DNA of 63,984 nt, counting the filler, from Syncephalis fuscata S228 (lineage: Eukaryota > Fungi > Zoopagomycota), in assembly GCA_025786725.1 (NCBI GenBank). It is 5 parts of 5 records of this genome, joined end to end, with 100 filler letters (N's around TTAATTAATTAA, not from the genome) between each part and the next. Parts side by side here need not be neighbours in the genome. Positions count along the whole stretch, not along the records: positions 1 to 23,060 come from JAHLTZ010000140.1; positions 23,161 to 33,818 come from JAHLTZ010000291.1; 3 more parts are not named here. The stretch is one strand, 5' to 3'. Under the pieces are notes generated by a model. The model saw only the letters and a list, made by a program, of their open reading frames with translations. It had not been told where the DNA came from and did no database searches. Numbering within the stretch: position 1 is the first letter of the stretch; every line of letters starts with the position of its first letter. A program made the position numbers and the translations under genes. This document shows, piece by piece, positions 13,984-25,836 of the stretch.

Positions 13984-15974
13984 ATGACCACTACAAAGCC
14001 TATTGAACGACAGAATAAGCTGCTTTTTATACTGATTGACGGCGTCGGCGACGTGTCGGTCTCTTCTTTGGCGGGGAAAACACCTTTGCAAGCGGCACAT
14101 TTACCTCACTTGGACCGAATTGCGCGTATGTACAACTATTTATAAAGCATAAGTAACATGATTGTGAACACGTAATATCGTTGCTAGTTAAAGGTGTCAA
14201 CGGCTTGCTTGATCCAGTAGAGCCAGGACTGGCGTGTGGATCGGATACAGCCCATTTATCTTTGTTCGGCTACAATCCAAGGCAGTAAGTTTTATGTTAA
14301 CGATACCGTTTATTTATAAATATTAAAAATCCTACTAATATATATTGGATATTGGTAGATATTACCGCGGACGAGGAGCATTTGAATCGATGGGTGCTGG
14401 TCTTTCAATGATACCAGGCGATATTGCTTTCAAGGTTAGTAGACCAACTTTTATATTGGTTTTGTGTAGCGTCGATTCATACTAGGATTAGTCAAATTTT
14501 GCTACTCTAGACCGTGCATCCGGCATTGTTCTAAAACGTAGAGCGGATCGTAACTTTGAAGGCCTTGGACCACAATTATGTGCCGATTTAAACGGTCTGT
14601 AAGTACTTTGACTAGACGATAAACAATCATTACTATTATCATTGTTATACTAAATGTATCATTTAATAGCAAACTACCATCATTTCCTAACCATAGCGTT
14701 GCTGTTAAATATGCAACGGAACATAGGTAAGTGAATTTATTACTTATTGACCTATTACAAATCTAAGTGTTTTATCAATTAGATGTGGCGTTCGTGTTAG
14801 AGGTCCAGGTCTAACCGATATGATTACAGGTACAGATCCATTAAAAGACAAGTCAGTTACTTTAAATAATAATATAATAATACTAATTGACTTAATAGTC
14901 TTCCACTTGTCAAGTGTACACCGACTGATGATAGTGAAGAGGCCGAACTAACAAGCAAAGTAGGCTAACTCTAGCTGATAATGTAGTTTATATTAATAAT
15001 ATAGCAATGGGTGGCTGTTTAGCTTGTCAATGAGCTTTCCGACTGTATTTATAACATACTTGTCAATCATCCAATTAATGAGCAACGTGTAAAAGCGGGC
15101 AAATCTTTGGCCAATTGCGTTTTACTACGTGGATGTGGGTCTCGTATCAAGGTAATAGTTGATATGTTATAGAATTAATACTGAATAATGATATATAGAT
15201 GCCTACAGTAGAAGAAATACATGGGTTAAAATCATTTATGGTTGCGCCAACATGTATTATCGCCGGTTTAGGAGAAACCATTGGTATGGGTAAGTAAAGT
15301 ATTGTGTTGCAAGTAACCGCATTATAAACAGTTGTATAGATATTTGTGTGGTTCCGGGTGCTACTGGCGATTACTTTACCAATATTCTGGCTAAAGGAGA
15401 GGCGGTCACTGATAAATTATTGCATAGTGGTAAATTATTAGTAAATGGTGATGATAATTGTAATTAATTGTGAATATTAGAATCGCCGTATAATTTTGCC
15501 TTTTTACACATTAAAGCAGTTGATGATGCGGGACATGATAAAAATATTGAATACAAAGCAAGTAAATTGTAATAAATTTTAAATTGTATCATCTAACATT
15601 TTACAGATCCGATTCTTACAAGAAATTGATCAAATGATCGGTAAAGTTGTGGAGAAACTAGAGGATTATACAAAAGCATCGAGTGAACATAAGGTAGATA
15701 TTGGCTTGATTGCTTATTGGTCTAGCTATTTATTTAATATTTAATTGAATAGGTTACGCTCTGTGTGACGGGTGATCATTCAACGCCCGTGCTCTATGGC
15801 GATCATAGTTGTGAACCCGTTCCATTTACTGCATTACGCGTCGATCAGATGCCATTACCGCCAGACAATGTCGCAACATTCGATGAAATGGCTGCAGCCT
15901 ACGGTGGGCTGGGTCGTTTTAGTGGACAAGATGTCATGTCGTTACTGAAAACGCTCATGACCATGTCAAATTAG
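13984..15974 (+). CDS. Archaeal-type (ApgM-like) 2,3-bisphosphoglycerate-independent phosphoglycerate mutase, about a dozen short introns
   Basis: Manual splicing gives LLFILIDGVGD..KTPLQAAH.PHLD, DPVEPGLACGSDTAHLSLFGY, YRGRGAFESMGAG, VRRADRNF-like KRRADRNF, HIKAVDDAGHD and TGDHSTPVLYGDHSCEPVP. Mostly missed by the ORF track. Confidence 0.92.
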
Positions 15975-15994
15975 TATTATTGATAGTAGCGTAG

Positions 15995-16968
15995 TTATAG
16001 CTTTTTTGTTGATTGAAATAATGCAAGAAAGTCATCTTCAGAATAAACCTGGCCAAAATGTTGTGCTGTGGTATTGCGCATATCAATATAAGCATCAAGA
16101 TTTGTCACGCCTAGTGTAAATAGAAAATATGATAGTTAATTGGCACGTAGATTGATTATAATTAGTTAACCACTTACGTTCAGAATATTCATTACTGATC
16201 AGTGGTGGATAATCGGGCGGTGGAGCTAGCCATGCTTTTGTTACTTTATCGATCTACAACAGTTTGTCATCAATTTGGTCTTCAGTCGCATTAAAATTTA
16301 CCAATTACCATGTGAGATCGATCAGATGAAAAGTGCTTAACATAATCAACTGCAGGTACAACTCGGAACTGCCTTTTTATTTGTTGTTAGTGAGTTCATG
16401 AGTTGTAAATAATAAAATTAATCCTTACCGCTGATAAATATTTAATAATTGCATGTTTGGCTTGAATGCCGCATCAACATACTTATGAAATAAGCAAGGA
16501 AAAGGCAGTAGTGCATCGAAATCGTAAACTATACAGCTAGTTTGATAGCATTTTAGTTGATATACAAATCTATTATTATTATTATTAATCCATTTACCTG
16601 CTTGCTGTCTGGTTAATCAATATAACATGATAGTCCTAGATATTAAATTATTGAATATCAATATACTTAACCGTATCAGTTTTCGTAGCAATCATCATTA
16701 CCCATATCACAAGTGTACTATCATCTCTAGAAGCCGACTGGGCCCATAACGGCACCTACAACGCAAGAAAATAAGTATGGGACGGAACTTACAGCTATTG
16801 CAAATCATATAATTACTAAGCACTTACTGCGCGACGCTCATTAGAAATAAAAACAACTAGCGCATTGCTGGTCGGGTCAACAGCAAGTAATTGCTTTGAT
16901 AAAAGATAAATATTTTCTTCGCAGTATTGCTTTGTATATTGAGTTTCACTTCGAGTCAATATTGTCAT
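15995..16968 (-). CDS. NTAQ1: Protein N-terminal glutamine amidohydrolase (WDYHV1 family), multi-exon
   Basis: Spliced translation YTKQYCEENIY, VVFISN, VPLWAQ, W|DYHVI, VYDFD.LLPFP, FRVVPA.DY..HFSSDRSHM, WLAPPPDYP. Absent from the ORF track. Confidence 0.92.
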
Positions 16969-17479
16969 TGTAATGTGTTGTGTGTTAATGATTGTGAGAA
17001 GAAAAGTATATTTTATTTAGTCAATGAGATTAATAATTACGTGCTATGTTGTTAACAAGGTCAGCGTGATCATTGATGTGTTTAATAACGGTCGTGCTGA
17101 TATGTGATTTTCAACCTATGCTTATTTTAATGATATACACGACATTGTTTTTATGGTTTTGCACACTGAAATGATATATTCTATTATTCAGTTATGCATA
17201 ACGTATACGTATTTAAATAAACTGTACATGGAAAGTATCAGAGATGCGACTGATGCCATCATCGGCGCACTGTTTACTATCAATTTGATACTGTTCGTAT
17301 TGTATTATCGGCCGATTATAGCGATTTAATCAAATTTAGCCAACATTTTATTTCGAACTACAATTTAATGGCTATATTAAATACAATTGACCATGCAGCG
17401 ATTAAACTTTCTACACTTATACAGATGATCAGAAAAACTACACTGATTATTAAATATACAAATGTCTTGGTTGCATTTT

Positions 17480-17909
17480 ACTTTGCTTCTACATCTGTCC
17501 CCAAAGCACAATTTGTTCTAATCAGAGTCATGTCGTTATTATGCACACCATAGTTATATTACTTCCTATTAAAATACTGTTAATAAACTGATTTAAATGA
17601 AGAATGTAACATACTATTTGATTTCATTGAAACATTTAAGGCCGATTATTATTGCTGTTGGCTATGTGTAGAAAGATTGATTGAATATTAATAAAAGCCA
17701 TATGATTGCAATTTCATGTCATTCCGCATTTGTTGTTGTTACATTTATGTACAGTGTGGATTATTGCATCTGAATGGTCTCTTTTATTTTCTAATCTTCT
17801 ACTATTACATTCTGGATATCTTTGTGTTGTAAAATCAAGATTGCTATAATTAGTATAAAAAGTAGTTTATTAAACAACCACTTTTCCTATAACCAATCTG
17901 ACTAAATAA
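17480..17909 (-). repeat. Dispersed repeat family A, inverted copy
   Basis: Reverse complement of 6391-6810; ends cttttcctataaccaatctgactaaataa. Confidence 0.85.
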
Positions 17910-18502
17910 AAAAGTCAAATTACAATAGCCTCAGTGTCTTAAAAAGAAGTAAATTTGTTTTGATATTAATACAAAACGGGCTACGAACTAATCTTCAAAA
18001 CTATCACGGTTACACATATAAATTTAGTTGTCAATTGAAGCAAATAGAATATTCTAATGATGCGTTATTCTACTATTTTAGTTGAGCTATCATGCTGTGC
18101 TGTATTTAGCAGTAATATAAAATTGAAAATAATAATACCAGAATTCACACATGCTATTTAGATTTCCATAGAAGGACGTAGTTAACGACGATACATATTC
18201 AAAATAGGTAATAGTCATGCTTTAGGCCATACTATTTTAGTCGAATAATCATGTCACATTACAATCAGTAGTCATTGAGGTATAAAAATAAACAAACTTG
18301 ATGTTTCAAGTGTGCTATTTTGTATTCTACACTAATGAGCTTGACACATGATTTTGTATCAATGCCTGTTGAGTTCCAATCGGCTTGTGCCTAAATGATT
18401 ATAAATTCTACAGTAGTTAGTGTTTTTCTTCAAATTAGCATACAACTTAGTGTCTCAAATTTTACTTAGAAAAAATATATAGACAAAAATTCTGTTTTCA
18501 GT

Positions 18503-19788
18503 ATGGTTAAAATTGGTATTTTTGCTATTGCTGCTGCTTTTACAGCCATAATACTATCTAGTATACCAGCAAGTAGTTTCATGAACGAAGAATCTAATGG
18601 TAAATCACATATTATAACCATCATTAATATTAACACATATGCATTACTAATAGATGAAATTCTATCTAATGGAGCTGGTAAAGTATATTTGGATGATCCA
18701 GAAAATCGAGAAAAGCTTGGATTGCCGGTGGATAGGCCAGTCAAATGGAGTTATGCAACTCCTGAAAAAAGCCTTGGTTATACACAATGGAATAACAAAA
18801 ATGTCTTCGTTAAATGCGTAGAAAGTAGTGATGACGCCATAGAAGAAACTAAAGCTTTTGAGGTAATGATTTTACTGGAGCAGAAATACCATTGACTTAC
18901 ATGACAGTTAGATATTGATTAGACTCATAAATCATCCAAAATACAACATACCAGGAAAACACAATATTATGCATCCATTAAAACGATTTAATGTTCCGCA
19001 TCCTAATTTCCCCAAAGAAACAAAAGATAACTGCTTTATCTACACGCGTGCTCCTGGTGCAACATTAAAAGAATTCATCATTGATAAAACCTGGCAACAG
19101 AAAGCTCAGTATCTACCTCAAATATTTTATCAAGTAACGCAAGGTGAGTATTTTATATTCGAGCGATAAATCATTAATTGCTATAATTGAATATAGGCAT
19201 GCTGTATTTACGTCGAGTTGGTATTATACACTATGATATAGATCATGAAAGTAAGTTGCATAGTGATTACAAACAGCATGCTAATTAGTTAATGTAGATG
19301 TTATGGTGTATGTTAATGCTAAAAACAATATGGTTCAGGCAACCATTATTGATTACGACTGTGTAAGTTTTATCTATGGCAGCATCCAAAAAACTTTAGA
19401 ATTGGCACCATATACAAACCTTGATATGATAAATGGACATGACCAAAAACGGTATTGCAACATCGGCAATTCACTATTTAGTACAACAATTCATTTTGCA
19501 ATTACCGAGGCAGTGATTATTGATGAATTCGATGACATAGTTCAAGGGTCATTTGAAATGATAAGCGGCATTTTTGATGCAACAGCAAAAGGTTTATCGG
19601 TTTCACCTGATAAGCGTTATGGAGTCGTATATGATAGAAAACCTCAATATCCTAGTAAAATGGATGAACCATATGCAAAAGTATTATATCCTCTTGTTAA
19701 AGCCATGAAAAAACTATATGATAGTAGCTATGGCTGTGCGATACCAAATGATGTTTTGGCTTTATTAGGATTTGCTAACATGAAATAA
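18503..19788 (+). CDS. Secreted protein-kinase-like protein (about 5 exons)
   Basis: Hydrophobic signal MVKIGIFAIAAAFTAIILSSIPASS; VFVKC (beta-3 Lys); spliced GMLYLRRVGIIHYDIDHENVMV (catalytic-loop equivalent); TIIDYD (DFG equivalent). Confidence 0.75.
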
Positions 19789-20106
19789 ATTGCTTATTGA
19801 GCCTGGAATTTAATTGAATGCATTATGTGTATTTAAACTAACGTTGTTTACATTAAGTATGTATTTAATTTATTTTTCATTTATACTGAAAATGCAGTTG
19901 TAAGCTAAATAGCCATGACGTTATTATGTACAATTGAAATATTAATATAATAAAATTCAAAGATAAATATGTCATTTATCCATATAGTTGACGTAATTCA
20001 TGCATATTTGTTGTAACGATCTTCTGTGCTTGTTCCTCTATAAACCATTACGCAATTATTATGATGTCCAGACGGAAATGTTACATAAATTGACACATTA
20101 CAAGAT

Positions 20107-23060
20107 CTATAACGCTGATTTATGAGCAAGTGCTAGTAAATTCTCAAATTCTCCCGATCGTTCGCATAAATAACGGAAAAGACTATCCGACTTTTTGATG
20201 AGTGCCGATGGCGTATCAAATTCAATAAGCCGTCCGGAATCTAGATTGTATTAATGTTAGAATTAATGTGTTAGCAATCAATATATTTTACAAACCTAGA
20301 ACCAGAATACGATCATAATCAATGACTGTACGCAAACGGTGGGCAATACAAATAATAGTCGAGTGTTTAAATTCTTTGCGAATAGTTTGTTGCACAAGAA
20401 GATCGGTGTCGAAATCAATACTGGCCGTAGCCTCATCCATAATAATAATCTAAAAATAATGATCAAGATTGTTATTAAAAGCAAACAAAATATCAATCAG
20501 TCTACCTTGCTATTGCGAAGTAAAGCACGAGCCAATGCTAATAGTTGGCGCTGCCCTTGGCTTAGATTATCACCATTTTCAGTAACTGGAGCATCTAAAT
20601 GGCCTAGATTGATGGGTCGTGTTGCTTCATCGTTTCTGCTGACTAGGTGACAGCGTCGAAGTGCATTCCAAATAATATGATCATCGTGTTGTGAGAATGG
20701 ATCGAGATTAGTACGGATTGTACCGCTAAATAGTACCATATCTTGGGGAATAATAGTCAGTCTTGAGCGTAAATCATGTAGTCCAATTTGACTAATATCA
20801 ATATTATCAATAATAATCTTGCCTGCCATAGGTTCGACAAATCTAAAAAGTGCTGCTGAAAGAGTTGATTTACCCGCACCTATAACTAATATTAATATAA
20901 TTTATTATATTTTTATTGGCATAGCCAGCTTACCAGTTCGACCTACAACACCAACTCGTTCGCCGGGATAAATGTTAAATGTAACATCTCGAATAACCGG
21001 ACTTAAATGTAAAGCATAACGAACAAACAAATGTTCCACCGACAGATTGCCATGCATTGGCCACTACAGAATTGTTAGGCAAAATTTGCTAATAAATATT
21101 TTGTAAATAATTTACCTCATCGGGTGGCCTATAACTTTCAATAATTTCCGGTAATTCTTGTTCTACCTGAGAGTACTCAATAACACGTTCAACGGCGTTC
21201 ATAGTGATCTCGATTTTACTATAGTTTTGCACGGCATACTGAAATAAAACTTAGTTACTAGTCATGAGATTGCTATATCTGCTTACACTGGCACTCTCTG
21301 AGAACATTAGAGCATAAGTCAGAATAAAACCAGCCGTGCTTGCATCGATGCTGTTATGATAAATTATGATAAATACACCAACAAGCAATACTACAAACGC
21401 TGCAATCCATCCAATAAGATTAAGCATCCATTGAGTAGACATTGTAAGTAAATAAACTGGACGATTCATAGTATCAATACACTCGGATATTTGTGACATG
21501 AACCATTGTTGTGTGCCAAAAGCTCGAATTGTAACCACGCCTCTAATAATAATAATGTTATTATTATTATTATTACAAATTATTAATACATTTATTTAGT
21601 ATTCTGTAGAGTAATAAAGCATACCTTAATGTCTCGGTTATTTTTGAAAGAAATGGAGATCGAGAAACCGATTCAATACGCTTAATACTACGAGATGCTT
21701 TTAAATAGTATTGAGTGGCTAATACATAAATTATACCTAAATAATTGTATTGTCATATTAATATCATGACCTATCTACATTACCACTGTTACTAATAATG
21801 ACTCACCAATAGAGATGCTAATAGGTATAAAATGTGGCAGTACTACAGCTATAATTGCTAATTGAAATATAATATTACCAACAGCTGAAATAAGAAAGAA
21901 TAAATGGGTTGGTAAATCTTGGTCAATCGCATTGATATCACTACTAAATCGATTAATAATACGGCCCACTGGTGTTGTGTCAAAGAATCTAATGGTGGCA
22001 CGTGTAATACTATTTACTAGATTACCATGTAAACTGTGACTTGCTTTAAGAGCTGCAAAATATGTAAAGAAATGTGGCAGTCCAATAAAAGCAAGTGTTA
22101 TAAGTGTTAATGCAAAATAAATTACAAAATGCCAACGACGATTCTGAGCTGTCGTCTGCTCCTCTTTCGTCCATATACTAAGCCAGTAGCTTTGTAAGCA
22201 AATGTTAATTCATAAAACATATAGATGGAAAATATTGCCGTCCATAGAAGGTAGCCGCCACTTGCATTAAAGTAGGCACGGTAGATTTTAAATGGCACGC
22301 TACCTTCGGCGTATACTTCATCATCGATAAGTCTTCCACCAATAGGCTGGTTATTATATACATTCGTACTGGTAGTATTAGTAGCGGCAGTAATAATCGG
22401 ACCATTATCGTGCTGGTAATCAACCAGTAAATGTGTTGTATTATCTAGATTAGTCGATAAATTCGTTGGTGTACTAATAGTGGTGGTGGCAGTAGTGGGA
22501 ATAGCCGCAGTAGACATAGTAGTAGGCGTGGTACAGTAGGTCGTTGACGTACCGAATTTACAAAAGATGAAGTACGTCCCACAGGTACTGATGCATCATC
22601 GTAAAGTAGCAGTGCCTTTACCAAAACTTCCGAAGCTTGTCCTTGTGACACAATGCATCCATCCTGCATTAGAATGGCTAGAGCTGCGTTATGCATACCC
22701 ATGTCAACATGGTGTGTAACGAGAATACAAGTACGATCACGCATAAGTGGTCCCAGTATGCACTTGTCCATAATATGTTTAGCAGTAGGCATATCAACGG
22801 CCGAGAAGCAATCGTCCATAATAATATGATTTGCTCGACTGTAGACAGCACGGGCAATGGCAATACGTTGACGTAAACCGTTTGACAATGTCACGCCTAT
22901 TTCGCCAACTTGTGTAGCATCGCCCATATCAAGATTTTCAAAATCCTTTTCAAGGGCACAAGCATTGCTTACTTGAAGATAGCGCTGTGCATCATACGAT
23001 TGACCAAATAAAATATTATCACGTATTGATATATTTTGTAGCCATGCTTGTTGTGCAACA
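20107..23060 (-). CDS. ABCC/MRP (Ycf1/Bpt1-like) ABC transporter, 3' part (NBD1 end, TMD2, NBD2); 5' lost in gap; apparent frameshift near 22200
   Basis: [92 protein letters not shown]; stop at 20107-20109. Confidence 0.92.
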
Positions 23061-23160
23061 NNNNNNNNNNNNNNNNNNNNNNNNNNNNNNNNNNNNNNNN
23101 NNNNTTAATTAATTAANNNNNNNNNNNNNNNNNNNNNNNNNNNNNNNNNNNNNNNNNNNN
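23061..23160. other. Assembly gap / artificial linker
   Basis: N-run with central TTAATTAATTAA (stops in all six frames). Confidence 0.98.
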
Positions 23161-23615
23161 ACGAACAAAAGATTGCCGACAAGAATGACTGTGCCGCCCC
23201 TGGTAAAGTCGGACCATGGACTGTCAATCTTCCAGCAGGTGTATCTGGCCGCAAGGTTATTCGCTGGCACTGGAAGGCTTCGCACCTTGCTCCTCAAATT
23301 GAAAACTACGAGCAATGTGCCGACATTATGATCGGTGGTGGCGGTGGCAGCTCCGGCAAATCATCTGCCCCATCTGCAAATTCAGGCTCTTCTTCCAGTG
23401 GATCTAAAAAGCGTCCTAGCGCTCCTTCAGAGGAATCATCTGGACCCCCACCTAGCAAGAAGCAGAAGACTACCCCATCTGCAAATTCAGGCTCTTCTTC
23501 CGGTAGATCTAGAAAACGTCCTAGTGCTCCTTCAAAGGGATCATCTGGACCCCCACCTAGCAAGAAGCAGAAGACTGCCCCGAAGAATTCCGGTGGTAAA
23601 AAGTCCAGGAAATAA
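23161..23615 (+). CDS. C-terminal part of an LPMO-like protein (paralog of 37789-38262) with Ser/Gly/Lys-rich repeat tail; 5' in gap
   Basis: Frame open from the gap: KIADKNDCAAPGKVGPWTVNLPAGVSGRKVIRWHWKASHLAPQIENYEQCADI, versus KIADKDNCAAPGQTGPWTVNIPSDINGRKVLRWEWDAAQLVTTIEHYEQCADV in the paralog. Confidence 0.8.
23370..23579 (+). repeat. Coding tandem repeat, 2 x 105 bp (35 aa)
   Basis: PSANSGSSS.S.KRPSAPS..SSGPPPSKKQKT unit starts at 23370 and 23475. Confidence 0.95.
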
Positions 23616-23808
23616 AGTAGCAGATAGTGCACTGTTCCTGTACTAGATACAATCCAGTAGATATAACGACTCAGCAACGATCAATTGTAGGATACGCAGT
23701 AATGTTTTATGCAAATAAATTAACACATACGCCATTTCAAAACCATATATTGTGACCATTTAAATGAGATAATTAACAAAAGTGTGTATTTTATTCTACA
23801 ATGTAATG

Positions 23809-24848
23809 TTTTTTTTTTTTTTTAAACTGGTGTTAATCACCATATTTTATTATAATAAAATTATTACAAAACAAGTAAGATAAAATATGATTTAGTAATT
23901 AGACCAGGTTGCGAAGTGTGGGCACTTTTTGTGTGAGCTTGTGTGTATGTGTGTGTGAAGACGTTTTGAATTAGTTTGAGTTATTTATAGATGGTGTTAA
24001 GGGCGCAATCAGAGTATTATTAAATATTACTCTGTTGCACCCATTTACCCCTCCACCTCTTTCATAGCTAAACCATTGGCAATTACCAGTTGCCCACGTC
24101 TTTTCAAATGTGTTGTAATCATTGGTTCGTATTGCCATCTTTAGATGACTTCGGATCCGGTTTATAACTTCACTTTGCCATCTGACTAGCATTGTGATAG
24201 CTGTTACCTTCTCTTTGTCAAATATTGTTTCAGTATGTGATCTGTATATCTGCCACACTGCTGCTGCATGCATTACGTTGATTCCTGGAATAGATCTGTT
24301 CCATGCCCGCATTCCATTCAGTACATCCGCCAGCTCTAGCGGTGTTGATTGATGCGGTGATGAACTAATCCGGTCTAGGAAACGACCAATCATCCCCCAA
24401 AATTCATTAGTGCGTTTACATTCGTAGAAATAGTGTAATAATGTTTCTGTGTGTGTGAGACATATTGGGCACATTTTAGTGGTGTTGGGTATAAAATGTG
24501 TTAATTGTGTTGCTGTGTTAACAGCACCGTGCTGCATCAGCCAAAGTAAAGATTGGTGCTTTGGTTCCAAACGGGGTGAAAATACATTTGACCATGATAT
24601 CATTTTAATCGTTAATGTATTTCTTTCTTCTTCACTCCTAATCCATCTATCCACACGTGGCTCAATCTTCTTTTTGCCTTGCATGAATAGACGGCCTTCT
24701 TTAGGTGTATAGTAGATTAGTTGTTTACCAGCTATCCGTAGACGGCTAAAAGGTAAGTAAGGTAGCTCTATAGGTGTATTTTCGCTTTGGTTATTTAATC
24801 GTTTTAACACTTCATCGTGTATAACAATCTTGTCTCCATATCTGTTGG
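23809..24848 (-). mobile_element. 5'-truncated non-LTR retrotransposon (L1/Tx1-like) with poly(A) tail and 15-bp TSD
   Basis: ORF with zf-RVT-like CPIC...ETLLHYFYEC...FW; T15 at 23809-23823; TTCTACAATGTAATG duplicated at 23794-23808 and 24849-24863. Confidence 0.93.
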
Positions 24849-25229
24849 TTCTACAATGTAATGCTACATTCGAATGCAAATTTTAATTTCCGCAATTAGT
24901 AAAAGTGGAATATACAAACACGTGTCTCTTTTTCCTCAACTTGGTAATATCGGAGAATTGTTACTGCAATTAAACATTATTGATTCAATCAAGTAACTAC
25001 CATGCATTGATCTGTAACAATAAGAAACCGCTAATCCAATTAAAATTAAGTATACTTCAAAATAGATAATTAGTTTTTTTTGAATCTCCACTATTTTATT
25101 GCGTTTTTCGTAGTTTTTAAAACCGCTCCATTATAAAGAGGTTTTGAAAAGTACAGAGATTTAGCCACATTCTATTTTACCCTCTTTCTTTTTCTTGATA
25201 ACCGTTACGCCTTTAGATTAACGTTTATT

Positions 25230-25690
25230 ATGTACACCTTTAAACTTACCACACTGGCTTATGCTGCCCTTGTTGGCATACTTACTACCACACTCGACTC
25301 GACAGCTGATGCCGTACCTCGTCAACAGATACGCCCAAATCCATACAAATTTAACAACTACGAAGCAATACTATATAACCTACAAAATCCTAAAAATAGT
25401 TTCAATGCATTCGAAAAGAAGGGACTAAATATTGTCAATCCCTGGCAAATTGATGATTCAAAGGATTGGATATATACTCGAATTACTTATAACGGTTTTC
25501 CTGGTAGGATTCAATGCACTAAAGATCGCGAACTTTATAGAATAACTACGATTAATATTTCGGTAAGCGGAAACGCGTTTTTTTTGTAATTTACTAAACC
25601 ACCATTAACAATTATACTTTATAGAATCTTCAACAAACATCTCCATTTGGCACAAGTGGCTGTATTGTTTTACCAGATTCTAGTAAATAA
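25230..25690 (+). CDS. Small secreted protein (~132 aa, intron 25563-25624), resembling the N-terminal half of the secreted kinase-like family
   Basis: Signal peptide MYTFKLTTLAYAALVGILTTTLDSTADA; YTRITYNGFPGRIQC parallels YTQWNNKNVFVKC and QLYRNRPVTVRC; GT-AG intron then stop. Confidence 0.6.
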
Positions 25691-25836
25691 ACATTTTATT
25701 TCTAGCCAATATTATACTTTATATTGTAATTAGTAATTTTATTTTATTTAAAATGTCATGCTAACTACTATATTAATTGCCATAAACACATTATATCATC
25801 CATTTACTATTATTAATAATCATTTTAATTAACTAA

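Noticed and set aside
24849-24879. Start of the 302-aa LINE ORF
   Set aside because: Lies in the TSD and flank with a non-ATG start; a chance read-through, not a gene.
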